A stretch of 64,000 nt of DNA from the IMG/VR virus record IMGVR_UViG_3300004369_000002, positions 1 to 64,000 of that record. The stretch is one strand, 5' to 3'. The stretch is from a virus. The notes beneath the pieces are model-generated. The model had not been told where the DNA came from and did not search any database. It was given only the letters and a program-made list of their open reading frames with translations. Position 1 is the first letter of the stretch, and every line of letters starts with the position of its first letter. Positions 27,016-36,512 of the stretch are shown one piece after another. The translations under genes and the position numbers were made by a program.

Positions 27016-27533
27016 ACGTTATCGGCTTAGATCTTTCGTTGACATCGACGGGCGTTTCGGGCAACGGCACAATGGCCGTTATCAGCACCCCGACAAAGGG
27101 AGCGGAACGTCTACACCTAATGTCCATGATGATCATGGAACACTTCAGTGATATCAACAAAAAAGTTGCGATCATTGAGGGCTACTCTTTCGCAAGCCGA
27201 AATAGCCAAGCCCATTCCATTGGTGAGTTGGGGGGCGTTGTCCGGGTTGAATTATGGCGACGGAACATCCCATACATAGAGGTTCCGCCAACAGCGCGAG
27301 CAAAATTTGCGACAGGAAAAGGCAACGCCAGCAAAATAGAAGTGATGTCAGCCGTGTCGGCAAGGACCGGAACAGTGTGGTCAGGCCCAGGTGCTGACGA
27401 CATGTGCGATGCGTGGATACTTGAAGAAATGGGCCTATGTGCCCAAGGCCAAGAACGTTTCGAATGGCCCCACCAGAATCGGTCGGCGCTGGAGTCAATC
27501 GACTGGAGCGCACTAAGGAGTGACGATGAATAG
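27012..27533 (+). CDS. RuvC-like Holliday junction resolvase
   Basis: IGLDLSLTSTG, IIEGY, ELGGV, V.P...KFATGKGNASK, DDMCDA. Confidence 0.9.
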   Translation: MNVIGLDLSLTSTGVSGNGTMAVISTPTKGAERLHLMSMMIMEHFSDINKKVAIIEGYSFASRNSQAHSIGELGGVVRVELWRRNIPYIEVPPTARAKFATGKGNASKIEVMSAVSARTGTVWSGPGADDMCDAWILEEMGLCAQGQERFEWPHQNRSALESIDWSALRSDDE

Positions 27534-27870
27534 AAGTCAACCCATCAGCCAGGTTGAGGTTGAAGAAGAAATTCTTCGGTTGTCCGGGATGCTGGAAGAA
27601 GAAACAGAATCGTTTGAAATACTTGCTCAGGATGCGGCAGTTAAAGAAGCGATGTACAAGTCGTCGTGGGCCAAGGAGTACCTCGCCGCTAAGGGTTCAA
27701 TCAAAGAACGAGAAGCATGGGCCGATTACAAATTGGAGCAAGAAATCTATAACTGGAAAATTTCGGAAGCGTTAGTGAAGGCCAAGAGAGAAAAACTCCA
27801 TTCACTACGGACAAGTATCGATGCCTTGAGAACTATCGCTGCGAACGTAAGGGCACAGGTGAACCCATGA
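27526..27870 (+). CDS. Hypothetical helical protein
   Basis: AAGGAG SD; coiled-coil character. Confidence 0.7.
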   Translation: MNRSQPISQVEVEEEILRLSGMLEEETESFEILAQDAAVKEAMYKSSWAKEYLAAKGSIKEREAWADYKLEQEIYNWKISEALVKAKREKLHSLRTSIDALRTIAANVRAQVNP

Positions 27871-28658
27871 GCGACAATGCGACACACAAGGTAAGTTCGG
27901 ATCTTCATAACCTGCTGGTTCCTATTGACAGTTTAGTTCCGCTTCCAAATAACCCACGCAAGGGAAGTGTTGAAGCGATCATGGCGTCGTACGGAGAATT
28001 CGGTCAACAGAAGCCAATCGTGGTTCGACCCAACGATGACGGTACGGCGACCGTTATTGCCGGGAATCATCAGGCCGAGGCCGCACGACGTTTGGGCTGG
28101 AGTCATATTGCGGCAGTCAAAATGGAGGCCGATGACTCGCGTGCGATTGCTTTTGCTTTAGCGGATAACCGAACGAACGAGTTGGGTCATACTGATCCAG
28201 AGTTGCTCAACAACTTGTTGGATGACATCACGGATTTCTACCCTGAACTTTTGGACGGTTTGGGCTGGGACGATTTTGAGTTGGCTGCCCTGGGGGAGCA
28301 GGCAGGCAGATTGGAAAGGTCTGGGGAAACTGGATATATACCGCCAGTAATTATTTCCTCGGTTCAGGAGCCAGAGCAAGACCTGTCGGGGATGGCTGTG
28401 GATAACTCCGATGATGGCCCCCGAATTGTGCCAGCAGCGAACGTGGACGCCAAGTCTGTGGCCGCCTTGGGGAGCACCAGTATTGGTGCCTCGGGGTCAA
28501 ATAAGGCGTTAGTCCAGTACACGGTAGTTTTTGACGACACTAGCCAGCAGGAAAAATGGTATAGGTTTATGAGGTGGCTACGTAGCGATGTGTCCATCGA
28601 TGGCGATACATTTGGGGCAAAACTCATCAATTTTATTGATGCTCACGCTGACTACTAG
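27867..28658 (+). CDS. ParB/Srx-like N-terminal domain protein
   Basis: NNPRK, S..EFGQQKPIVV, IAGNH..EAAR.LG, ALADNR. Confidence 0.85.
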   Translation: MSDNATHKVSSDLHNLLVPIDSLVPLPNNPRKGSVEAIMASYGEFGQQKPIVVRPNDDGTATVIAGNHQAEAARRLGWSHIAAVKMEADDSRAIAFALADNRTNELGHTDPELLNNLLDDITDFYPELLDGLGWDDFELAALGEQAGRLERSGETGYIPPVIISSVQEPEQDLSGMAVDNSDDGPRIVPAANVDAKSVAALGSTSIGASGSNKALVQYTVVFDDTSQQEKWYRFMRWLRSDVSIDGDTFGAKLINFIDAHADY

Positions 28659-28659
28659 G

Positions 28660-28688
28660 TTGTGAACATGCCTGGAACCAGGTAAGAT
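28660..28688 (+). promoter_or_regulatory. Sigma70-type leaderless promoter TTGTGA-N17-TAAGAT
   Basis: 17-bp spacer; ATG 28695 follows 6 nt after the -10; no SD. Confidence 0.65.
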
Positions 28689-28694
28689 GTTGAC

Positions 28695-29579
28695 ATGGAT
28701 ATTTATTACAACCCCGACTACACCGCTTCTGAATACTCGTTTGATACAACGAGGAAAGCAACCCTGATCGCCGAGGCAGCCCAACAGAGGCTGGGTGATG
28801 CCGTCCAGATCGTTTCCCCCGAGCAGTTCTACCAGGAAACCGAAGACTGGATCCGACTGACCCATTCGTCCGAATACGTCGATGCAGTCAAGACCGGAAA
28901 ACCGCGCCACCTCGCCGAAAGCCAAGGATTCAAGTGGGACGAAAAGTTCTACTCAATGGTTGTCGCCCACAATGCTGGCGTTGTCGCCGCTATGCACGAC
29001 GCCATTTATGACAACAAGACATCAATCACCCTGTCATCCGGTCTGCATCACGCACGAAAGGACTATGGCAGTGGGTTCTGCACCTTCAATGGTCTCGCTG
29101 TAGCCACGAACTATGCGCTCAACCAAGGAGTCAAGAACATTCTGATCATTGACTTCGACGCTCACGGAGGCGGAGGAACCTATTCGCTTGTCGGCGGAAA
29201 AGTCACTCACGTTGATCTCATCACCTCCCCGTTCGACGTAGCCGATGAGCATGATGGCCGGTCGCTAATTATTGTCAGCGAAACCGATGACGAAACATAC
29301 CTCGCCAACGCCGAGGCACTGTTGGCTTTCGGCACAACATTCCACCATCAGGTCGCTATCTACAACGCCGGGATGGATCCGTACAACTCTGGAGTGAGCA
29401 AAGAAGCGTTGATCGCCAGAGAGGAAATGGTTGCAAACACTCTAGGCCAGATGGGAATCCCTACGGTTGTCACAATGGCTGGCGGATACAAGAGCGGAAA
29501 GGTGATTACGATGCAGGACATCGCTGATCTTCACGTTTCAACCATTGAACAGTTTGCTCTTGTCGGAGCGAATCGATGA
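28695..29579 (+). CDS. Histone deacetylase (Zn-dependent arginase/deacetylase fold) family protein
   Basis: THS.EYV, SGLHHA, GFCTFNG, IIDFDAH.G.GT, YNAGMD, AGGY. Confidence 0.9.
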   Translation: MDIYYNPDYTASEYSFDTTRKATLIAEAAQQRLGDAVQIVSPEQFYQETEDWIRLTHSSEYVDAVKTGKPRHLAESQGFKWDEKFYSMVVAHNAGVVAAMHDAIYDNKTSITLSSGLHHARKDYGSGFCTFNGLAVATNYALNQGVKNILIIDFDAHGGGGTYSLVGGKVTHVDLITSPFDVADEHDGRSLIIVSETDDETYLANAEALLAFGTTFHHQVAIYNAGMDPYNSGVSKEALIAREEMVANTLGQMGIPTVVTMAGGYKSGKVITMQDIADLHVSTIEQFALVGANR

Positions 29580-30112
29580 ACACTAGGCCGTTGGCCCCCC
29601 ACGGCACACACAATCGATATTCAAAAGGGTGCAGGTGCGACGAGTGTCGTGTCGCTCACCGTCTTTACGAAAGAGAACGGAACCGTATGAGAACACGAGC
29701 AAGATACGGGATTGAGCCAATGCCGGAACGTCTGGTAGATGCAACGCAAGCAAGAGAACATCTACGTTTCCTACAATCCAAGGGGATCGGTGGATACAGC
29801 ATTGCGAAGCGTGCCTACACGACACGAAACTACGTGACCGAGATTCGGGCAAATCGCGTGAAACGAATCAACAAAGAGTTGAATGAAAGACTCCTCGCAA
29901 TACCGGCGATACCCACCCTTGACGGGCAGTATGTCGATGCTGAACCTGCTCGCCAAATGGTGAAAGATCTTCTGGAAGCGGGGGTCACGAAAACAGAAAT
30001 CGTTCGGTTCATTTCAGGACCCAAGGCCAGGCAACTTGTGATCAAAGACAAGATGCGGTTGAAGCGCATGGAAAAGTTGCGGACACTTCACGGACAGATG
30101 GTTCGACGATGA
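29576..30112 (+). CDS. HG..CRCxxC zinc-finger + HTH DNA-binding protein
   Basis: HGTHNRYSKGCRCDEC; two VDA..AR..(L/V)..L...G HTH-like repeats. Confidence 0.7.
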   Translation: MNTRPLAPHGTHNRYSKGCRCDECRVAHRLYERERNRMRTRARYGIEPMPERLVDATQAREHLRFLQSKGIGGYSIAKRAYTTRNYVTEIRANRVKRINKELNERLLAIPAIPTLDGQYVDAEPARQMVKDLLEAGVTKTEIVRFISGPKARQLVIKDKMRLKRMEKLRTLHGQMVRR

Positions 30113-31272
30113 CCAGACAAAGAATGTTTCTGGACATTTCATGCGTTGACGCTGCGCGAGAACGAATTCGGCATGTGTACGACACCTTTGATACGGTCTG
30201 TGTTCAATTTTCGGGAGGAAAAGACTCCACGGCAGTTTTGTACCTTGCTAAAGAAATTCACGAAGAGCGCAACCTTGGACCGGTAAAGGTTATTTTCCGT
30301 GACGAGGAGATGGTTTCGCCACTCGTATTGGATTACATCCATGAGGTTCAGAACTATGACTGGGTCGACATGGAATGGTATTGCCTCCCCCAGGGCCAAG
30401 AAATTTGGGTTCTTGGACGGCGTGAATACTGCTTATTGTGGTCTCCAGCCAGAGAAAGTGATGGGAGGCTTTATAGGCCGATCCCTGACGGCGCGATTAC
30501 AGCAAAAGATTTTGGGCTGGATCCTGCGAAACCCATTCCCGAATCAATCGACTACTACACCATGCAAGGCAAAAAGGGTCGTACGGCTTTTTTGACCGGG
30601 GTGCGGGCGAACGAATCAATGATCCGTTACCGGTCATGCGTTCAGAAGTTGCATGAGAATTACATAAATATTCCGTTCAAAATGAAAAAGTCGATTCCCT
30701 TAAGATTCGCAAAGGTGATTTATGACTGGACCACTGACGATGTTCTCAAATTCATCACGGAAGAACACAACGCCTCATACTGCGAGTACTACGATCTCGC
30801 AGCGATTACTGGGTCGAATACCAGAGTGGGTATTCCTTTGCACGCTGTTGCCATTCGCCGTATTGGTGATGTTGTTGCTACGGAGCCTGAGTTTTATGAT
30901 CGACTGTACCAATGCTTTCCGCAGATTGATGCGCAAAGGCGGTGGTGGCCAGACTTCGATGTTGAGTCGCTTATTCGATCGTATTCGGTCGATGGCTGGG
31001 ATGGAGTCCGCCGATGTGTAGAAGAGAACATTCTGACGCCTGGCTTGCGTCAACGAGGAATGGCATTTGCCGCAGAATTTCGCAAAAAGCACGTGAAGGA
31101 TCCCAATGCTTATCCGATTCACTGGCTGATTCGCAATTTGCTGATGCATGAGTTCAATATCACGTCAGTGAACCCGATCGGACCAAAAACGAAGGCGTAT
31201 GCGATGCAGCAGGAGGAAGCAGAAATCATGTCAAGTTTGGATGCCTTGGATTATCAGGATGATTCGCGATGA
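30109..31272 (+). CDS. PAPS-reductase/PP-loop family protein, IbrA/YbdN-like
   Basis: AARERI, FSGGKDS, F.DEE, GVRANESM.R, IYDW...DV, YD, RV. Confidence 0.9.
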   Translation: MTRQRMFLDISCVDAARERIRHVYDTFDTVCVQFSGGKDSTAVLYLAKEIHEERNLGPVKVIFRDEEMVSPLVLDYIHEVQNYDWVDMEWYCLPQGQEIWVLGRREYCLLWSPARESDGRLYRPIPDGAITAKDFGLDPAKPIPESIDYYTMQGKKGRTAFLTGVRANESMIRYRSCVQKLHENYINIPFKMKKSIPLRFAKVIYDWTTDDVLKFITEEHNASYCEYYDLAAITGSNTRVGIPLHAVAIRRIGDVVATEPEFYDRLYQCFPQIDAQRRWWPDFDVESLIRSYSVDGWDGVRRCVEENILTPGLRQRGMAFAAEFRKKHVKDPNAYPIHWLIRNLLMHEFNITSVNPIGPKTKAYAMQQEEAEIMSSLDALDYQDDSR

Positions 31273-31820
31273 AGAAAAAGTTTGATCGTTTGCAGGTGAC
31301 GTACATGTCGCCAGAAGATCTTAAGACGGCTGAATGGTGGAGCAATTACATGCTGAAGCCAGATCGGGATCTTTTGTTGAGGAGCGCCGAACAATATGGG
31401 ATTTTGAATCCTGTTGTTGTGCAGAAGTCGACCAACATGGTCATTGACGGGCACACCCGGCTATGGGCGGCTTTAGACCTACGTATGGAAGAGATCCCAG
31501 TTGTGTTGCAGGATGTCACCAATACAGAGGCGATGCTGATGCATCTTCAGTTAAACCGAGCCAAAGGTCAGGTAGTTGCCAAGCGAATGTCGAATGTGGT
31601 GAAGGACCTACTGCGTTCGGGCAAATATTCGGAAAATGACCTGAAGTATCACCTCGTCATGAAAAGTGATGAAATGGACCTGATGGTTGACGGCTCGCTT
31701 ATCAAGATGAGAAAAGTCCACGAACACAAGTATTCCCGAGCCTGGGTTCCCGTCGAAGCGCCAGCAAAAGCCACAGACGCCCTGGGTTTCATTGAAAGAC
31801 CACCCAACCCTGACCGTTGA
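31269..31820 (+). CDS. ParB-like protein, IbrB-like
   Basis: S..QYGILNPVVV, IDGHTR, LNRAKG, YSRAWVP; coupled to the IbrA-like gene. Confidence 0.85.
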   Translation: MKKKFDRLQVTYMSPEDLKTAEWWSNYMLKPDRDLLLRSAEQYGILNPVVVQKSTNMVIDGHTRLWAALDLRMEEIPVVLQDVTNTEAMLMHLQLNRAKGQVVAKRMSNVVKDLLRSGKYSENDLKYHLVMKSDEMDLMVDGSLIKMRKVHEHKYSRAWVPVEAPAKATDALGFIERPPNPDR

Positions 31821-31859
31821 CCCCGGGTGGTATTATGAGGTGTCTCCAGTGGAGGAAAA

Positions 31860-32045
31860 ATGCCTACTCCGTCAACAATCCCAGACATCGAACTTACGCC
31901 CGAAACGGACGTTCTTCCTGACGTCACTCCGCCCGCTCCCGATGCGGGCCGTCCAGGTAGACGACCGGCTTGGTGGCGGCGCGCTTTGGCGCAGACCCTC
32001 CGTGGGGCTGCTGGCGCTATTCGACCCGGAGAAGATCGCAACTAA
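31860..32045 (+). CDS. Small hypothetical protein (61 aa)
   Basis: TGG-TATTAT promoter and GGAGG SD upstream. Confidence 0.6.
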   Translation: MPTPSTIPDIELTPETDVLPDVTPPAPDAGRPGRRPAWWRRALAQTLRGAAGAIRPGEDRN

Positions 32046-32109
32046 AGTCAATCCGCAAAAGATCTTTTGCTATAGTCGGCGCTGGTAATAGTTCTGGCGT
32101 CGGAGATCA

Positions 32110-33183
32110 ATGCGTAATATCAAGATTGGCTATGCGTCGACCGACTGGTCGCGAACCATGATGACTCAAGATGGGCCGGTCCCTGGGGGTTCAAACTGGG
32201 TCCGCTTACAGCAGAGTCGTCCACATATCGGCTACGACAGTGTCACTGGGTTATTGGTTTTCCACAAAGATCGTGGATTTGGGATTTTGGATTGGCAGGA
32301 AAGGCCCCACTACAACTGCAATGTGATAGTTGTACAGCGCCTCATGTTCAAAGATCTCGCTGAAAAAATCGACGTCAGAAAAAAGTTCAACCAGATAATC
32401 ATCAACGACATAGATGACTGGTATTGGGGCTTACACGAAGATAACCACGCCTACAAGTTAACGCACCCCGATTTCAATAAAGACGAAAACATTGATCACT
32501 ATAAGCACATTATTCAAAACAGTGATGGGGTGACATCCTCAACCCCATTCCTTTTCGACAAGATGAAGAACGAATTTGGATGCACCAATGTGCATCTCAT
32601 TGAGAACCACGTCGAAGTAGACCGATTTAGAACTCGTCCAATCAATCTAAAGAAACCAGTAGTCGGATGGGTTGGATCAACCTCACATCGATCCGGCGAC
32701 CTGGAAACAATCGCCCCCGTTCTTCAAAACAAGAAATTTCGTCTACACCACTCAGGGCACGTAAATGGGGCGGCCTGGTTCGCCGACAAAATAGGTGTAT
32801 CGCGAGACAAAGTGACCAAATCTCCGATGTATGACCCGAGAGACTACGCTCGCCTTTCGTTTTGTTTTGATATCGGCATCGCCCCACTGAACGACATTCC
32901 CTTCAACCACGCCAAATCGTGGATCAAAGCCATTGAATACGCCTCAGCAGGGGTTCCTTTCGTTGCGACCAATATTGGAGAGTACCGTCGACTGTATGAG
33001 CAGTACGGGATTGGACGAGTGGCGTCAACACAGGAGGAATGGACCACCCACCTGGAAGAGTTGTGCGACATTCCCCTTCGGGGCAAAGAGGCCAGAGAGC
33101 AGCGGGAACGTGTCAAGGAAGTCCTTGACGTTCGCCTGATGGGCCAAAAATGGCGGTCCATCTTCGACGAGTACCTGCGATAG
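32110..33183 (+). CDS. GT-B (GT4-like) glycosyltransferase
   Basis: DIDDW, VGWVGS.SH..DL, DIGIAPL...FN.AKS.IK..EY...GVPFVAT. Confidence 0.88.
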   Translation: MRNIKIGYASTDWSRTMMTQDGPVPGGSNWVRLQQSRPHIGYDSVTGLLVFHKDRGFGILDWQERPHYNCNVIVVQRLMFKDLAEKIDVRKKFNQIIINDIDDWYWGLHEDNHAYKLTHPDFNKDENIDHYKHIIQNSDGVTSSTPFLFDKMKNEFGCTNVHLIENHVEVDRFRTRPINLKKPVVGWVGSTSHRSGDLETIAPVLQNKKFRLHHSGHVNGAAWFADKIGVSRDKVTKSPMYDPRDYARLSFCFDIGIAPLNDIPFNHAKSWIKAIEYASAGVPFVATNIGEYRRLYEQYGIGRVASTQEEWTTHLEELCDIPLRGKEAREQRERVKEVLDVRLMGQKWRSIFDEYLR

Positions 33184-33250
33184 GTGGCCAAGGTAAATAA
33201 ACCTGTCCTGTAACATATTGGTTAAGCCGATTTCGTGATAGGACGGAAAG

Positions 33251-33880
33251 ATGCTGGTTACAGAAAAAGAACTTGAACGGTATATGGACATCAAGTTCAG
33301 CAACCGCCAGTTGTATGCGGCGGAGTACGTTTTGACCGGTCTGCAAAGTGAAATGGAATCGTACCTACGTCGTCCTGTAGAAGTGCAGTCTTTCACCGAA
33401 GAATACACAGTCGAAATAAATCACCCTGGTGTGCCGTCGCACTCATACCTAAATAACTATTCGCTGGATACGACACAGCAGATTATTGAGTGGATTCAAC
33501 CCCCGTACACCCTTTATCTGAAAAATTCTCCAGTAGCCAGCGTAGCCAGCATCACGATAACCCGCCCCTTTGTCGGCGCAACCCCAGAAACCATGGTGGA
33601 GGGGACCGACTTCATCGTCAGAAAATTTGGCGTCGACATTTTCCGGGCATTTGCAAACGACACCATCAACATCACTTACACCGCTGGTCTTGATGGAGCC
33701 GAGGTCAAAATGTTCCGACTGATGATCCTTCGTGCCGCTTCACGTGAAATGCAAAATATGCACGATGACGTGGTTGGAATCAAGGATCTAGAGACGCGAA
33801 ACGTTGGCCCGCTTACGACCGGGTTCAGTCCAGAGGAACTGGCTTCCATGAAACGGTGGCGTAGGGTCCGGGTCGCCTGA
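33251..33880 (+). CDS. Head-tail adaptor/connector protein
   Basis: L...EL..Y, E.YL.RP, SPV.SV, ITYTAG; first gene of the neck/tail block. Confidence 0.75.
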   Translation: MLVTEKELERYMDIKFSNRQLYAAEYVLTGLQSEMESYLRRPVEVQSFTEEYTVEINHPGVPSHSYLNNYSLDTTQQIIEWIQPPYTLYLKNSPVASVASITITRPFVGATPETMVEGTDFIVRKFGVDIFRAFANDTINITYTAGLDGAEVKMFRLMILRAASREMQNMHDDVVGIKDLETRNVGPLTTGFSPEELASMKRWRRVRVA

Positions 33881-34320
33881 TGGCCAGAGTTGTCAGAGTT
33901 CGGGTTAGTTGCGACGCGTCTCGGGCTATTGCCCGCCTAGAGGCAATGCAACAGCGGGCCAGAGACTTCACTCCTCTCTTTGTGTACGCCAAGGAGCAGT
34001 TGAGGCTGGCGAACGCTGAAAACTTTTCTACAGGAGGATTGCCAGTTGGCGGCTGGAGACCGCGAGATTCGGAAGAAGATTATCGATGGCCAATCCTGGA
34101 TAAGGGCGGAAAACTCAAGAGGAGCCTCATCGGCTTGTCGGGTGCTCCCAATGTGATTACTCCCAAATACGCAGAATTTGGAACTGACGTTGAGTATGCG
34201 GTGTATCACCAGTACGGAACCCGATATATGCCAGCAAGAAAGATCGTCTACGATCCGCGAGGTTTTTCGGAGGATTTGGCAAACAAGGCTGCGTCATGGG
34301 TAGCCCGAGGAGTGATCTGA
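33880..34320 (+). CDS. Virion morphogenesis/tail completion protein (Mu gpG / P2 gpS-like)
   Basis: W.P, IL...GKLKRSL, FGTDVEYAVYHQYGT..MPAR. Confidence 0.85.
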   Translation: MARVVRVRVSCDASRAIARLEAMQQRARDFTPLFVYAKEQLRLANAENFSTGGLPVGGWRPRDSEEDYRWPILDKGGKLKRSLIGLSGAPNVITPKYAEFGTDVEYAVYHQYGTRYMPARKIVYDPRGFSEDLANKAASWVARGVI

Positions 34321-34321
34321 C

Positions 34322-34918
34322 ATGACAATGCAGGGAGCCTGGAAAGCCAAAAACTTCGTCAATGACTATTTGATGGCTGACATCCCCAAGCGGCTGTTGA
34401 CATATCGAAATGAGTGGAATCTGGATGACGAGAACATGCCAGAACCTCTCAAGTATTTGATGCACGAGCCGATTGCCTTGGATCATTGGCCCACGATTAT
34501 TACTGTTGTCATTTCCATGACGGGCCTGGAAAGGGACGATTACACAGGGCTTATGGACCCCATGTACTTCGTGAACTATTCGATGAGAACTTACGTGTGG
34601 GTCAAAGACGACAGTTCCGAGGAGTGCACCGCCAAGCGGGATCGGTTAACCACTGTTTTACGTTCGTCGATACTTGATTCTCCCTGTTTGAAGATCTTTG
34701 GTCAGCAGGACAATCTGGAAGTCCTCATCGACGAGTCAACACTCCGAGAAGAATACTCGGACCTGACATTGATCAAGGGTGAACGAGTCATGGCTGGCGC
34801 GTACCTCTCCTACAACCTCCGAATCAACGAGGTAGTACGAACCACCCCAATTGGAACAGCCACCAGTTACAACACAGAAGTCAACCCACTGGAACCACTA
34901 TTAAGAGATTTACCCTAG
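34322..34918 (+). CDS. Putative tail terminator/neck protein
   Basis: Position before sheath, size, WPTI motif. Confidence 0.55.
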   Translation: MTMQGAWKAKNFVNDYLMADIPKRLLTYRNEWNLDDENMPEPLKYLMHEPIALDHWPTIITVVISMTGLERDDYTGLMDPMYFVNYSMRTYVWVKDDSSEECTAKRDRLTTVLRSSILDSPCLKIFGQQDNLEVLIDESTLREEYSDLTLIKGERVMAGAYLSYNLRINEVVRTTPIGTATSYNTEVNPLEPLLRDLP

Positions 34919-35050
34919 TAAGTTCCACTACAGCGACGTCAAATGAGACAAAATAACAAAGGTGAGTACGTGTTCCGAATCAGCGGAACAACATTCGGTA
35001 TAATTCGATAGTCCCCAGAAACAGAACATCTTGGGAGCGGAGGAACTTAA

Positions 35051-36499
35051 ATGCCTGGCATTGTAGTAAATACCTCGGTCCGCACAGGGCCGTCAACCAC
35101 GAACCAGTCTCCCACAGCAACATTCTTTGTTGTCGGACAGACACAGCGCGGACCGGCAGGCTCGCCCAAGTTGGTGACAAGCATCGCAGACTACGAAAGC
35201 GTCTTCGGTGACTACGTCTCCTACGGAGCCGTACACCAGCAGGTCCAGACCTTCTTCGAAGAAGGCGGTGCCCAGGTTTATGTTTCCCGAGTGATTGGCG
35301 CAAGCGCTACCGCTGGAACCATTGAACTGGTCGACACGAACGGTGACCCCTCCATCACCCTCACCGCTGTCGGCGCAGGCGACTGGTCAGGAAACCTGAA
35401 GGCATCTGTCGAAACCTCGGGAACCGGCTTTGCCATCAAGTACTTCCTGTCAGATGAACTCGTGTACAGCACGGGCGAAGTCGCTTCGGCTGCTGCGGCA
35501 GTCACTCGCATCAACTCCTCCTCCATCGCAACAAAGTACGCGACGGCAGTTGATGAAGAGAACCTCGCTCCCGTGTTGCTTGCCGCCACCGCATTTTCCG
35601 CTGGCGACGACAACCGAGGAACGATCGGATCTTCCACTTACACCGACGCCCTGTCGTCCTTCGGAACGGACTTGGGCCCAGGTGCTGTCGCCATTCCAGG
35701 ACAGAACGGTTCAACCGTCTGGAATGCGATGCTCTCGCACTGTGCCGGAACAAATCGTGTGGCACTCATGGCCTTCCCGCAGGTTTACTCTGCCGCAGAG
35801 GCCGCCGCAGACGCAGCAGGAATGAGTGCAGAGGCGAACGCCGAGTACGGCTCAATGCTCTTCCCCTGGGTGACAATGGTGAACGATGCGGGAGCAACGC
35901 TCACGATTTCGCCCGAGGGTTTCGCTGCAGCCAAGCGGTCAATCGCTCACAACACGATCGGACCCTGGCAGCCTTACGCTGGCAAGATCTCGGAGTCGGC
36001 CTTCATCACCGGAACCAGCGTTGCGGTTGACAAGGTTGCAGGTGATTACCTGGATGAGAACCGAGTCAACGCTATCCGCATCATTTCGGGCAAGGTTCGA
36101 ATCTACGGTGCACGTTCCGTGTCGAATGACGAGGACAACTACCGATTCAACATTGCTCGCGAGATGCTCAACTATGTCGTGTCTCGTTCGCAGACAGCGT
36201 TGGAGGATCTTGTGTTCTCGCCGATCGATGGCCGAGCCTCACTGTTCTCCAAGGTGGAGGCCCGTCTCGTGGCGATGCTGGAGCCGATCCGTATCGCTGG
36301 CGGCCTGTACGAGGCCTTCGATTCGACGGGCAAGCGAATTGACAATGGGTATTCAGTGCAGGTGACCGACGCAATCAACCCGCTCAGCCAGTTGGCTGGA
36401 GGTTTGGTTCGTGCGAAGGTCGGCATCCGAGTTTCCAGCGTCGGTGATCAGATCCAGGTCGATGTGACCAAGTCCAACCTCACGGCGTCAGTCGTCTGA
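35051..36499 (+). CDS. Contractile tail sheath protein
   Basis: MPG, G..RGP, FFEEGG..YVSRV, G.W, P.GFAA, LDE.RVNAIR, IYGARS, LVF. Confidence 0.93.
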   Translation: MPGIVVNTSVRTGPSTTNQSPTATFFVVGQTQRGPAGSPKLVTSIADYESVFGDYVSYGAVHQQVQTFFEEGGAQVYVSRVIGASATAGTIELVDTNGDPSITLTAVGAGDWSGNLKASVETSGTGFAIKYFLSDELVYSTGEVASAAAAVTRINSSSIATKYATAVDEENLAPVLLAATAFSAGDDNRGTIGSSTYTDALSSFGTDLGPGAVAIPGQNGSTVWNAMLSHCAGTNRVALMAFPQVYSAAEAAADAAGMSAEANAEYGSMLFPWVTMVNDAGATLTISPEGFAAAKRSIAHNTIGPWQPYAGKISESAFITGTSVAVDKVAGDYLDENRVNAIRIISGKVRIYGARSVSNDEDNYRFNIAREMLNYVVSRSQTALEDLVFSPIDGRASLFSKVEARLVAMLEPIRIAGGLYEAFDSTGKRIDNGYSVQVTDAINPLSQLAGGLVRAKVGIRVSSVGDQIQVDVTKSNLTASVV

Positions 36500-36512
36500 T
36501 TAGGAGCCAGAT

